Shown: positions 1 to 9,868 of the stretch, in pieces
How the letters are laid out: the number at the start of each line of letters is the position of its first letter
Position numbering within the stretch: position 1 is the stretch's first letter
Assembly (NCBI GenBank): GCA_963796105.1
Contig: CAWCKJ010000004.1
Coordinates: 928,001-992,000 of the forward strand
Length of the DNA stretch: 64,000 bases
Direction of reading: 5' to 3'
From: a candidate division FCPU426 bacterium
GTDB lineage: Bacteria > Oederibacteriota > Muellerivitia > Muellerivitales > Muellerivitaceae
The notes under the pieces: model-generated
The model's input: only the letters and a program-made list of their open reading frames with translations
What the model was told of the DNA's origin: nothing
Databases searched by the model: none
Made by a program: the position numbers and the translations under genes

Positions 1-1
1 A

Positions 2-907
2 CGCCAATCGCTTTTATCGCTGGGCGCGGCCGACTCGGCAAGTTATCTTTTCTTTTCGGGCCTTGTCATTCTTGTTTCGCTTCTTCCCTGGTGCATCGCC
101 ATGGGCGCCACTTTTCCGCTGGGAATGCAATTCATCCGGGAAAAAAATTCAACCGAAAAGGAAAGTTTCAGTTTTCTCTACTTGGCGAATGTCCTGGGAG
201 CCTGCTCAGGGGTCTTAGCAACCGCCTTTATCCTGGTGGAATGGCTTGGTTTTAACGGCACCCTCAAGACCGCTTCAAGCATTAACTTTGCTGTCGGGAC
301 AGGATCCTTGATTTGGGCGTTTCTTCTTCCCGCTCCTTTACGGGTCGACACCCCCATCGGCAACAGCCAGGCTCTCAAACAAAACGCCGCCCATTTTTGG
401 TATCCGGCCTTGCTTTTCTCAACGGGATTTATTTCCATGGCCATGGAGGTGGCATGGGTGAGGGATTACACACCCATTCTAGGTAACGAGGTATATGCTT
501 TCTCGGGTCTGCTGGCGGTTTACCTTTTCGCCACTTGGATGGGTTCCTGGTTTTACAGGAGCCGGATGAACTTCCCAAAAGCCGTTCCTGTTGAAACCCT
601 ATTGGTGTTTTTATCCTCCCTTGCTTTTCTTCCGGTGGCACTTAATGATCCGCGCTGGCATCATTCCCCGCTGGTGGCGCTCCTAAGTTTGGCTCCTTTT
701 TGCGGCGCGCTGGGTTACTTGACCCCTTGCCTTATCGACCGCTTTTCCCAAGGAGATGCCCAGGCCGCGGGCAAGGGATACGCTTTTAATATCCTTGGTT
801 GTATTTTAGGCCCCCTTTTAGCGTCTTACTTGCTTCTTCCTTTCCTCGGGGCAAGGTGGACCCTTATCATATTGGCTCTTCCATTCTTTTTTTTCATGTG
901 GTCTTAA
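2..907 (+). CDS. N-terminal membrane part of a fused MFS-like/spermidine-synthase-like protein (5'-truncated by window; frameshifted at T8 887-894)
   Basis: Frame open from window start; repeated motifs 'MGATFP', 'LYLANVLGA..G', 'GFISMAMEVAWVR', 'YAFNILGCILG' typical of this family. Confidence 0.8.
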   Translation, partial: RQSLLSLGAADSASYLFFSGLVILVSLLPWCIAMGATFPLGMQFIREKNSTEKESFSFLYLANVLGACSGVLATAFILVEWLGFNGTLKTASSINFAVGTGSLIWAFLLPAPLRVDTPIGNSQALKQNAAHFWYPALLFSTGFISMAMEVAWVRDYTPILGNEVYAFSGLLAVYLFATWMGSWFYRSRMNFPKAVPVETLLVFLSSLAFLPVALNDPRWHHSPLVALLSLAPFCGALGYLTPCLIDRFSQGDAQAAGKGYAFNILGCILGPLLASYLLLPFLGARWTLIILALPFFFFMWS

Positions 908-1887
908 AAGGAAGGCGCGGCGGGACTCCTTTTCGTCCTTACTTTCTTTTACCCACCCTTGGACTTTTTGTTTTTTCGGCTTTTTTTTGCGGCAGCTACG
1001 AAGAGGGGACCGACTTGTCAGGCATGAAACAAGTGGTACTAAGGAGGGATGCCACCGCTACGGTTATTTCCTACCAGGGACCCTCGCAAAAGGCCCTGTT
1101 GGTCAACGGCATCGGAATGACCGCCATGACGCCCATCCCGAAAATCATGGCCCATCTACCCTTGCTTTTCTGCCGTCATTCCCCCCGATCAGCCCTGGTC
1201 ATATGTTTTGGCATGGGGACAACCTTCCGGTCCGTTGCCAGCTGGGGTGTGGATACCACCGCGGTTGAATTGGTGCCTAGTGTGAGGGACGCCTTTAGCT
1301 ATTATTTCAAAGACGCGCGGGCCATTTTGAACAATCCCAAGAATCGCGTGATCATTGATGATGGACGAAGATATCTTTCCAGGACGCAAGCGAAATTCGA
1401 CGTGATCACCCTGGATCCCCCCCCGCCTCCGGAAGCAGCCGGTTCAAGCCTTCTTTATACAGAGGAGTTTTACACCGCCGCGAAAAGCCATCTTCAAGAA
1501 GGCGGGGTGGTACAGCAATGGATTAATTGGGGTAACGCCAAAAGCATTCAGGCCTTCCTTCGTTCTTTCGTGCGTTCATTCCCCTATGTCCGGGCCTTTG
1601 TTTCCCTGCATGGCGGGGGGCTCCATATGATCGGCTCCATGCAGCCGCTTATCCTACCGGCGGTATCCAGAATCCTTGCTCCTATGCCTCCCTCGGCCAG
1701 GAAGGATTTTGTGGAATGGAACCTAACCAACAAAGAACCGTCCTGGTTCTTGAACCTCATCTTGTCATCGGAAGTAAATGTAAATTCCTTGCTTGATCCG
1801 GATGAGCGGATTACTGTCACGGACGACAGGCCTTTTAACGAATATTACTTACTCCGCAAGTTATTCCCGACCGTTATTCATGATTAG
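799..1887 (+). CDS. C-terminal SAM-dependent spermidine-synthase-like domain of the same protein
   Basis: 'ALVICFGMGTT', 'AVELVPSV', 'DDGRRYL', 'FDVITLDPPPP', 'LYTEEFY'; adding one T to the 887-894 run fuses it to the upstream ORF. Confidence 0.8.
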   Translation: MYFRPPFSVLLASSFPRGKVDPYHIGSSILFFHVVLKGRRGGTPFRPYFLLPTLGLFVFSAFFCGSYEEGTDLSGMKQVVLRRDATATVISYQGPSQKALLVNGIGMTAMTPIPKIMAHLPLLFCRHSPRSALVICFGMGTTFRSVASWGVDTTAVELVPSVRDAFSYYFKDARAILNNPKNRVIIDDGRRYLSRTQAKFDVITLDPPPPPEAAGSSLLYTEEFYTAAKSHLQEGGVVQQWINWGNAKSIQAFLRSFVRSFPYVRAFVSLHGGGLHMIGSMQPLILPAVSRILAPMPPSARKDFVEWNLTNKEPSWFLNLILSSEVNVNSLLDPDERITVTDDRPFNEYYLLRKLFPTVIHD

Positions 1888-1980
1888 AGACAAAAGGGAA
1901 GATAAGCCGTCGCAGAGGTGCTTTCCGCTTCGCGGATGGAAGGGTTTGAACTTAAAATTTGGACATTAGAAACTCATGGG

Positions 1981-4104
1981 TTATGAACCAGGGGTCTTTC
2001 TTAAATTTTCCAATGCGTTGGTGTGGTTCAGGGGGGAGTGAAGCGCGGATTCAAAAGCCTGACGGGCTTTAGCGTAATCCCCCTGGGTAAACCACAAGAC
2101 CCCCAAGTCGTTAAAAATATGGGCCGCCGGATAACCTTCTTCAAGCGCATCTCCAAGGGCTGATAAGGCTTCTGAATTTTTATTTGACGACATGGCAACA
2201 AAAAATATTTTTTCATCTAAGCAAGATTCCAAAAACCGATCCCCTTTGACCAGAAGTTTCATTTTGGAAAGACCTTTCAAGAGAGGTCCTTGGTTTTGGC
2301 CAAATCCTAGATGCAAAAGGGAAGAAGTCAAGGGACGAAATGCCCTTTCCATTACCAGCCAATGATTGGCCAAGGCCAGACTCTCCGGATCATCCAAGAC
2401 GATAATACCCAATACCAGCGTCACCTGTGGAAGGGGCCGATCTGGGGAAAGTTCGAACCACTCAATCCTAGGAAAACGCTTGGAAAGAAAAGGGGCATAA
2501 TTGATGTTAGTCAAGAATGCCATCCAGCGCGCACTTGCAGAGGAAAGATGGGGATTCCGAGCCGCATTATATGGATAGACGGTTACTGTCAAAGTTTGGT
2601 TGAAGGAGCTGGATTCCATTTCAGTCAGGATTAAACCTGGTCCCTGGTCCATACTCCTTTTTTTCAATATTTGATAAGCTTTCCAGTTTTCGAAAGATTT
2701 AGTATAACCGCTCAAAGTTGCATAATCCGAATGACAAGCCGCTTGATAAGGGCCCAGAAGATGGTAAAAATCCATACTGGCCGAGAACGTTACCAACACC
2801 GTTAAAACCAAACCCCGGCTTCTTATAGGTAAATCCCCTAAAAGGATTCCAAGTCCTTCCGATGCAAGGAATAAAAGCATGGGTATGAGCAAAACCAGTC
2901 GGAACATTTCCAATTCTTGAGTCAGCCAGCCGGGAAGAATAAAAAGAAATAATGCCGTTCCGATCCAGAGTGCCTGTGGAGACCGTCTTTGTTGGTAAAG
3001 ACCGACCAAACCCAGGCCCAAGACTGCATCCAAGAGGGGATTTAAAAACCCTCCCCAAAAGGGTTTGTAAGTGAATCGAGGAGTTTGGACACCCCAAAAT
3101 AGACTGCTAAAATAGTCCCAACAGGCTTGCCATTGCGCATTCCAACTGACCCCCTTTTTTAGGATCCAAAGCATACTCAGGTAGTTTCCTGTTTTTTGTA
3201 TAAATGCCGTTAATCCCAAGGGCGCTGCCAGTAGCAAAAGAGGAAATAAAAAGAAAATTAAAGTTCGCCATGGCCGTTCTTTTCTGGAAAAAACGATCCA
3301 CCCTACCGCCACGGAAATCATCAAGGCTACCATGATCCAATGGAGATGGATATAGAAGCCGAAGCCTGCCGTTAAACCCAGTAGCGTTGCACGCAGGTTT
3401 AATTGGCTTTTTGAATTTGAATTGCGAAAAAATCCCAGAGCAATTAGGGCTATTATTTCCCAACACACCAGAAGAACGTGCGGAACACAAAATCGCCCCA
3501 AGTAAAAGGGCCAGAAGGACAAGCCGAAAAAAGTCGTCGCCATCCATGCCGAGGAACGCTGTGCGAAAAAAATTGAAGCAACATAGGCGACGGGAATCGT
3601 CAATAAAGAAAGAAGGGCGGGAAAAAGCCAAAGAGATTCAAGAGAAGGACCGGTGATTTTAAAGAAAAGACCCAAAAGCCAGTAAAAAGCGGAAGGAACC
3701 TGGGTTGCCCCGCCGAAAAGATCCCACCTCCATTTTTCAGATTGTTCCATTGCGAAAAAAGCCGTCAGTCCTTCATCCATGAGAGGCCAACCCGAAAGGA
3801 GTGTGAGGTTATAAAAACGGATGAAAAGGGCGGCCATCAACACCAGAAAGACACTCCAAACAGGGATAGCTGGAAACAATTTATCATTTGGGTTAATGGT
3901 TTTTATCCAGGAGCCACCAGGAAATCGCATTGCCATGCCCATGGGTGCCAAAAGCCCGAACAAAATAAGGAAACTTTTCTCTGCAGGTCCTAAAGCCACG
4001 AAAGAAAAAAGGGAATTAATTGTTAAAAGAACCAAAAATAGGATCCAAGGGGAAAGAATCCACTTGCGAGAAATGTTCCTGGGAAAAAAAGGGTTCAATA
4101 TCAT
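1981..4104 (-). CDS. GT-C fold glycosyltransferase (PMT/ArnT-like, GT39/GT83-like) with C-terminal TPR
   Basis: Polytopic membrane protein, 'FIRFY...PLMDEG' first-loop DE motif; C-terminal TPR 'AHIFNDLGVLWFTQGDYAKARQAFESAL'; ATG at 4104 lies 7 nt after hpnE stop. Confidence 0.7.
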   Translation of the reverse strand: MILNPFFPRNISRKWILSPWILFLVLLTINSLFSFVALGPAEKSFLILFGLLAPMGMAMRFPGGSWIKTINPNDKLFPAIPVWSVFLVLMAALFIRFYNLTLLSGWPLMDEGLTAFFAMEQSEKWRWDLFGGATQVPSAFYWLLGLFFKITGPSLESLWLFPALLSLLTIPVAYVASIFFAQRSSAWMATTFFGLSFWPFYLGRFCVPHVLLVCWEIIALIALGFFRNSNSKSQLNLRATLLGLTAGFGFYIHLHWIMVALMISVAVGWIVFSRKERPWRTLIFFLFPLLLLAAPLGLTAFIQKTGNYLSMLWILKKGVSWNAQWQACWDYFSSLFWGVQTPRFTYKPFWGGFLNPLLDAVLGLGLVGLYQQRRSPQALWIGTALFLFILPGWLTQELEMFRLVLLIPMLLFLASEGLGILLGDLPIRSRGLVLTVLVTFSASMDFYHLLGPYQAACHSDYATLSGYTKSFENWKAYQILKKRSMDQGPGLILTEMESSSFNQTLTVTVYPYNAARNPHLSSASARWMAFLTNINYAPFLSKRFPRIEWFELSPDRPLPQVTLVLGIIVLDDPESLALANHWLVMERAFRPLTSSLLHLGFGQNQGPLLKGLSKMKLLVKGDRFLESCLDEKIFFVAMSSNKNSEALSALGDALEEGYPAAHIFNDLGVLWFTQGDYAKARQAFESALHSPLNHTNALENLRKTPGS

Positions 4105-4111
4105 TTGTGTT

Positions 4112-5446
4112 TTAACCCTTTGAGACAAAGTATTCTTGGGCTTTCTTTGCAGCCTTATGGCCCGATTGGCAGGCGCCCTCAATGGTGGCAGGGAGTCCGG
4201 TGTCCGTGAAATCGCCGGCCAGGAAGACATGGGGGAAAGGCGTCTCACAGGGGGGGCGTGTCTTGTCCGAATCCTTGGACCAGATGAAAGTAGCCGCCAT
4301 CTCGCGGGTGACTTTGGAATGAAGAATTCCGGCTTCCCGGGCCGCCGAACATCGTTCCCTTAATTCCCCCACCGCCAAGTCCACCAGATCCTTTTCACTC
4401 ATTCTCGCTAGTTTTTCAGCCGCGCTGGCCGTGAAGCTCAGGTACTGGCCTTCTCCCTTCCAGTCCCAATTGGCGTTTCTGTTGAAAACCCACTCGAACT
4501 GGGCCCCCGACAACCCCACGATATTCCCGCTGACGACCTCCCGGGAAAGGATCAAATGAACCGAAAGGATGGGGGATTTCCCCAGTTTCGGTAATTTTTC
4601 CAGGATGGGCCAAGTTCCTTTCGGCCAAAGGGCGTGAAGGGAATCCGGAGGAAGCGCCAGGACCAAGGCGTCCCCTGAATAGGCTTTTCCGGATCGGCCT
4701 TTCAACTCAAAACCGCTGTCTTTTATTTTCAGGAATTGGACGCCCTCGTGGAAGTGGACTTTTCCACCCTTTTTTTCGAGGTAAGACGGAGCCAGGGGAA
4801 AGGCCAAGCCGCTCAAGGGTTTGGCGGAGATCCCAAAGGCGCTGTCAAAACGGGAACCGAAGAAAACGCGGTGAAGCACCTCCCCCAGCCCCCCGATGGG
4901 CGCGATATCCGGCCCCACATTCATCACCGCGTTGCAGATCGGGCCCCAGAATCTTTCCCGGGCCATGGGACCCTGGCCCCTCGCGTCCAGGAATTGGGAG
5001 ACGGTCTCCAGGCCGGGCTTGATCTTGAAGGGCTTTTTGGAAAAAGAGAAAAGAGCTTTGGCCATTCCTATTTTCTCGACTAGGGGAAAGGCGTTGGAGG
5101 CCAGAAGGCCGTAGGCCAGGTGAAAAGGAGCGGGAAGCCTGGCGCACTGGAGCCGGACCCTTCCCCCGGGAGTGAGCCAGGAAAGGCCCAGGGGATCAAG
5201 CCAATGAAGGGAATCCTCCTCGCCCAAGCGCCTCAACAGCTTCAGAGTCTCCCGGTAGCAGCCCATGAAAAGATGCGGGCCGTTGTCACAGGGGTGGGGA
5301 AAGGCCTCGGTGGGTAGGGTGGAGTATACCCGACCGCCCAAGAAACCCCGGGATTCCAGAAGCTCCACGCAGTGGCCCTTTTCCGCGAGAGCGGTCGCGG
5401 CGGCCACACCGGCGAAACCACCCCCTACCACGAGAACTTTCGTCAT
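4112..5446 (-). CDS. hpnE: Hydroxysqualene dehydroxylase (FAD-dependent)
   Basis: GGGFAG dinucleotide-binding motif, 'DNGPHLFMGCY', 'LAGDFTDTGLPATIEGA'; follows hpnC-hpnD. Confidence 0.88.
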   Translation of the reverse strand: MTKVLVVGGGFAGVAAATALAEKGHCVELLESRGFLGGRVYSTLPTEAFPHPCDNGPHLFMGCYRETLKLLRRLGEEDSLHWLDPLGLSWLTPGGRVRLQCARLPAPFHLAYGLLASNAFPLVEKIGMAKALFSFSKKPFKIKPGLETVSQFLDARGQGPMARERFWGPICNAVMNVGPDIAPIGGLGEVLHRVFFGSRFDSAFGISAKPLSGLAFPLAPSYLEKKGGKVHFHEGVQFLKIKDSGFELKGRSGKAYSGDALVLALPPDSLHALWPKGTWPILEKLPKLGKSPILSVHLILSREVVSGNIVGLSGAQFEWVFNRNANWDWKGEGQYLSFTASAAEKLARMSEKDLVDLAVGELRERCSAAREAGILHSKVTREMAATFIWSKDSDKTRPPCETPFPHVFLAGDFTDTGLPATIEGACQSGHKAAKKAQEYFVSKG

Positions 5447-5484
5447 GGAGTACCTCCTTGGATAGCCTCAAGGGATGGGCCGGT

Positions 5485-6318
5485 TTAAAGCCATTTAAAT
5501 AAAAAACAACGGCCGATCGTTCCCAGAACCGAAAGCATTTTATCAAAGAAGCTCAAGGAAACCCTTCCTTGAAGGATTTTCTGGGGATGATTCCTTAATT
5601 TCTGGAAAAGTTTCACGTAAACCGCGGCTATGGCTTCGGCTGTTTTCAGATCGCCTCTCTGCCGAAGGGTGAGGGCTTCACGGGCTTTTTCCAAGAAGGA
5701 CCAGGCCCGGTCCAGTTGGAATTGCACGAAGGCCGCCCAATGGGAGTTGTTCTCGCCGATCATGGATGGATGGATGTGGAAACGTTTGAAGTCCTCAAGG
5801 GGAAAATAACGGCGTTTCATGCCAGTGTCTTCCAGGTAATCCCTCGTCATGTTGACCAATTGAAGGAACACTCCCAGGTTCTCGGCGTAAACGCGGTGGG
5901 CGAAGTCCTTGTATCCGAATATCTCCATACTGGCAAGGCCGGGGCCTCCCGCCACTTTCAATGCGTATTGATGAAGTTCCTGAAAAGTCTTGAATTGGAC
6001 AGGCCTCAGGTCCGTCTCGACGCCCGAGACAACACGCAAAAGGGGTTCAGGGGAAAGCCCATGGCGGGCGACGGTTTCCTGAAACTTTTGGAACGAGGGT
6101 TTTGGAACTTTTCCGGCGAGACAATTTTTGAGGTCCTTTTTGAAAACAGCCAGTTTTTTCCTTTTGACAGGGAGCGGGTCGGTTCCATCCGAGATATCAT
6201 CCGCTTCCCAGCAAAAGCGGTAGAGGACCTCCATGGCCGATCTTTTATCCCCGGGAAGCAGGAGTAAAGGCAGGTAAAAACTTGTTTTTTTTCGGAGCGA
6301 ACCAACTTGGGGATTCAC
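5485..6318 (-). CDS. hpnD: Presqualene diphosphate synthase (squalene/phytoene synthase family)
   Basis: 'TSFY', 'LYRFCWEADDISD', 'QLVNMTRDYLED'; position between hpnC and hpnE. Confidence 0.8.
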   Translation of the reverse strand: MNPQVGSLRKKTSFYLPLLLLPGDKRSAMEVLYRFCWEADDISDGTDPLPVKRKKLAVFKKDLKNCLAGKVPKPSFQKFQETVARHGLSPEPLLRVVSGVETDLRPVQFKTFQELHQYALKVAGGPGLASMEIFGYKDFAHRVYAENLGVFLQLVNMTRDYLEDTGMKRRYFPLEDFKRFHIHPSMIGENNSHWAAFVQFQLDRAWSFLEKAREALTLRQRGDLKTAEAIAAVYVKLFQKLRNHPQKILQGRVSLSFFDKMLSVLGTIGRCFLFKWL

Positions 6319-6343
6319 GAAATTCTCCCGAGGTTTATTAAAT

Positions 6344-7213
6344 TCAAGACCGAACTAATCCCATCAAAGTTCTCAAGACCAGGAGCGTCTTGTCCAGGGG
6401 ATTCAGGACGGGCCGATTCTCGAAAACATTGTAGCCCATGTCCCGGATTTTACTGAGTATCCCCTTTCCTCCCAGGTATGTGGCTTGAAGCTCCAGCCTC
6501 AAGCGCCCACGGACGGCGGAAAGGAGAGGATAACCTTGCCGGTAATAATTGTCCGTAAAGTCCACGGCGTTTTTCACCAATTGCCTTGTGCTATCCAAGA
6601 CTTTTCCGTCCAATAAATTTTTTTCTTTCACTCCGAACTTCTTCCATTCGCTTTTAGGGTAATAGATCCGGCCGCGGCACAGATCCAGGGCGGTATCCTG
6701 CCAAAAATTGATGAGTTGAAGTCCACCGCAAATGAAATCAGAGTATTGGTGAAGCTTTTCTTCGCGGATGCCCGATATATAAAGAACCATTCGGCCCACG
6801 GGATTGGCGCTATGACGGCAGTAATAAAGCAAGGAATTCCAGGTGGAGTAGCGATGTTTCTCCAAATCCATTCGATAGGCTTTTAGAAGATCCAGTGGAA
6901 GCGATAACGGAATATCTAATGTTTTAATCGTATTGGCGAAGGCCCGCAGGATGGGGCGGGCCGGCATGCCCTTCATGGCGTTTCGAAGCTCTTTTTCCCA
7001 AAGGTTCAATTCGGATAGGCGTCTTCCCTTGAAAGATTCCTCATCAGCGAAATCATCCGCGGTTCGTGCATAAGCGTATAAGGCCGCCACATGGGGGCGG
7101 CTTTTTTCGGGCAACAGCCAGGAAGCCACCGGAAAATTCTCATAGTGTTTTTGGACTAACTGTTGGCATTCCTGGTAAGCCGGTTCCAAGCCGGGAGGAA
7201 GAAAGTTTTTCAT
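6344..7213 (-). CDS. hpnC: Squalene synthase HpnC
   Basis: 'HYENFPVAS', 'YAYARTADDFADE', 'YCRHSANPVGR', 'LQLINFWQD'. Confidence 0.9.
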   Translation of the reverse strand: MKNFLPPGLEPAYQECQQLVQKHYENFPVASWLLPEKSRPHVAALYAYARTADDFADEESFKGRRLSELNLWEKELRNAMKGMPARPILRAFANTIKTLDIPLSLPLDLLKAYRMDLEKHRYSTWNSLLYYCRHSANPVGRMVLYISGIREEKLHQYSDFICGGLQLINFWQDTALDLCRGRIYYPKSEWKKFGVKEKNLLDGKVLDSTRQLVKNAVDFTDNYYRQGYPLLSAVRGRLRLELQATYLGGKGILSKIRDMGYNVFENRPVLNPLDKTLLVLRTLMGLVRS

Positions 7214-7448
7214 TCAAGACCATTATTCAGAAAATAAGGCCGGGGGAGAACTTAAAAAGGCGAAAACATTCCTAATTAATTAAGACTGTTTAGTTAAAAT
7301 ATTTTCAAGACCCTAAAGATAGTCCCAATTATTCCTGATTTTTCCGGATATTTAGCTCTGAATGCCTTTCAAAAGCGCAAAAATATAGGAGAAATGGTAA
7401 ACTTCCTTCCTGTTTTAACTACTCCTTAACAATGGAAATTAATCAAGC

Positions 7449-8531
7449 ATGAATTTCAGCAAATCCTTTTATTTGGGAATCCTCACTTCCTTATTCGGAT
7501 TGACCCTCTCGGCGGAAATCGCCTTAAGAATGACCGTTCCAACGGGGTTCTGGTACCGTCATTTTGATATTTCGGGGGACATGACCAGTCTGGCGGAATT
7601 AAGGGACCGAATTCAGTTTTTCCCAAAGAATGATTCCGGTGAACGACCTATCCTGTTGTTGGGCGACAGTGTTTTAGGCGCCAGCGCCCTGATGGAACAC
7701 CGCATTCCCGGCGCTAGGGAAAAAACCCTCACAAGTTTTTTAAGGAAAGACTTCCAAAACACAAAGGAATTCCCCCTGAGCTTGGGTTCCGACGGCCTTC
7801 TGCTTCCCGACATCGAGGCCCTGACACCCGAATTTCTTCCCCGGAAACCAAGCGAGATTCTCCTGTTATTGAACTTCCGGATGTTTTCCCAGGAGTTCAA
7901 CGAGGGGACTAAGGCCCTCTCGCGGTATTTCCTAAAAGACCATCTTCCGCAGGATGTTCAGCAAAGAATAGGCAATGATCCTAAATCCAATCCTGAATCC
8001 CGCCTGAGTGACGGGCTCTACGAATTCTTGAGCAGGCATTGGTTCCTTTTCCGGGAAACCCAAACAGCCAAAACCCTTTGGTATTACCCCAGCCAGAAGG
8101 ATTTTTTCCAAAGAATCCTGGAAAAAATAGTTGGGCAAAACGAAACTCAATTGGAAATCGTCGAGGCGGCTTTGAAGCAAAAGATAGCTTCCTACTACCA
8201 GCCTTATCTTTGGGACTCCAGGGAACTTCCCTTAACCTGCCTGAAGGTGGTCTTGGACCAGTGGGAAGCCCAGCATATCCCTGTTCTAGTCGTCATGACC
8301 CCTCAAAACAAAAAATTCATGGGTGACTATCTGGATGAAGCCAGCTTTGATAAGAATCGAAAAATTCTATCGGGTTTCATGAAGCCTTATCAAAAAGAGG
8401 GAATGTTGTATTTCGATTGGGCCGAACACTATCCCTCCTCCGACTTTCTTGATCACTGCCATTTGAACCAACAGGGTAACGAGAAATACGCTAAAGAACT
8501 GGCGGATTTATTGGAGAGGGAACTGCCATGA
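7449..8531 (+). CDS. Membrane-anchored SGNH-like acyltransferase/hydrolase (DltD/AlgJ-like)
   Basis: N-terminal TM with 'AEIALR', 'LLGDSV' and C-terminal 'FLDHCHL' DxxH motif; upstream of MBOAT. Confidence 0.7.
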   Translation: MNFSKSFYLGILTSLFGLTLSAEIALRMTVPTGFWYRHFDISGDMTSLAELRDRIQFFPKNDSGERPILLLGDSVLGASALMEHRIPGAREKTLTSFLRKDFQNTKEFPLSLGSDGLLLPDIEALTPEFLPRKPSEILLLLNFRMFSQEFNEGTKALSRYFLKDHLPQDVQQRIGNDPKSNPESRLSDGLYEFLSRHWFLFRETQTAKTLWYYPSQKDFFQRILEKIVGQNETQLEIVEAALKQKIASYYQPYLWDSRELPLTCLKVVLDQWEAQHIPVLVVMTPQNKKFMGDYLDEASFDKNRKILSGFMKPYQKEGMLYFDWAEHYPSSDFLDHCHLNQQGNEKYAKELADLLERELP

Positions 8532-8650
8532 AAAACACCGATTTCTGGAAGGGGATGGGGGTCGGGATCATCCTGTTCCTTTTGGTCCTGGCGATCCTGC
8601 TTTTTTCCGGGGACCTGTCAGCCTCTAAATTCATTTACGTGGATTTTTGA
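8528..8650 (+). CDS. 40-aa single-TM DltX-like acyl-shuttle peptide MKNTDFWKGMGVGIILFLLVLAILLFSGDLSASKFIYVDF
   Basis: Not in ORF track; ATGA overlap with upstream stop, its TGA abuts MBOAT ATG at 8651; ends in FIYxxF motif. Confidence 0.85.
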   Translation: MKNTDFWKGMGVGIILFLLVLAILLFSGDLSASKFIYVDF

Positions 8651-9853
8651 ATGGTATTCAACACCAGCTGGTTCATGCTTTTTTTCTCAGGGTTTTACTT
8701 GGCCTTGTGGCTTATTCCGCATGCCCGGATCCGGTTTTTTTACCTCCTGATTTGCAGCGCTGTATTCCAGTATCACTTCGCGGGCCCGGCTGGCATCACT
8801 CCCATTATTATCATGGCCATTCTCACGTATTTTTTCGGTCTATGGGTCGCAAAATATCCGAAGGATAACCCATCCCGTAAAAAAATATTCACCCTGGGCC
8901 TACTGGTTCCGGTGGTTGGATTGCTTTGCTACAAATACCCCTCATTGCTGATGAATTCAGTGGGTTCCATGATCGGCGGGGGAGGGGGGCAATGGTTATC
9001 GAGCCACGCCTATCAACCAGCCTTACCCCTCGGGATTTCCTTTTTCACTTTTGAGTTTGTTCATTACCTGACGGATGTGTACCGCGGGTCCGAACCGGTC
9101 AAAAATCCTTTTAAATTCGGGATCTTCTGCCTTTTTTTCCCCTCTATCGTGGCGGGTCCCATCAAACGGTACCAGCCGTTCCTCGCCCAGTTAGAAAATG
9201 ATTTAAACCGCCCCCCCTGGCCCAAGGCCGTACTGGGCCTGGCGCAGATGTTTTTGGGTTTTTTCAAGAAGCTGGTCATCGCGGATAACGCCACCACCCT
9301 TATTCACCTTCTGGAAAAACGAACCGATTTGACCTTCGGGCCGGTTTGCTTGTTGCTGGCGCTCCTGTCTGTCAGGATTTTATTTGATTTCAGCGGTTAC
9401 AGTGATATCGCCATCGGGATCGGGAAAATGATCGGGCTCGACCTTCCGGTGAATTTTAATTTTCCCTACATTTCCAGGAATATCACCGAGTTTTGGAGGC
9501 GCTGGCATATGTCCCTGAGCAGTTGGATCAGGGATTACATCTACATTTCTTTAGGTGGCAATCGACTGGGAGTGATTAGAAAATTCTTCAATCTTATGGT
9601 GACCATGTTCGTCTGCGGTTTATGGCACGGGGCCAGCTGGCATTTCGGACTCTGGGGCCTTTATCATGGCATGGGGTTGGTGCTTCATAATCTCTGGGAA
9701 AAATCGACTTTTGGACGAAAGTGGTTTTCCTTCGGATTAACGCGATGGATGGATATTGCGGTGACAAATATATTTGTTGCCTATGGCTGGCTTTTGTTTT
9801 TTTATCCCATGGATGAGGTCTTGAAAATCACCCGCCATTTGATCCATCTGTAA
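8651..9853 (+). CDS. MBOAT family O-acyltransferase (AlgI/DltB-like)
   Basis: 'LPLGISFFTF', 'FFPSIVAGPI', 'FDFSGYSDIAIG', 'FWRRWHMSLSSW', 'GLWHGA'. Confidence 0.92.
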   Translation: MVFNTSWFMLFFSGFYLALWLIPHARIRFFYLLICSAVFQYHFAGPAGITPIIIMAILTYFFGLWVAKYPKDNPSRKKIFTLGLLVPVVGLLCYKYPSLLMNSVGSMIGGGGGQWLSSHAYQPALPLGISFFTFEFVHYLTDVYRGSEPVKNPFKFGIFCLFFPSIVAGPIKRYQPFLAQLENDLNRPPWPKAVLGLAQMFLGFFKKLVIADNATTLIHLLEKRTDLTFGPVCLLLALLSVRILFDFSGYSDIAIGIGKMIGLDLPVNFNFPYISRNITEFWRRWHMSLSSWIRDYIYISLGGNRLGVIRKFFNLMVTMFVCGLWHGASWHFGLWGLYHGMGLVLHNLWEKSTFGRKWFSFGLTRWMDIAVTNIFVAYGWLLFFYPMDEVLKITRHLIHL

Positions 9854-9868
9854 ATTTTGGGAGTCCAT

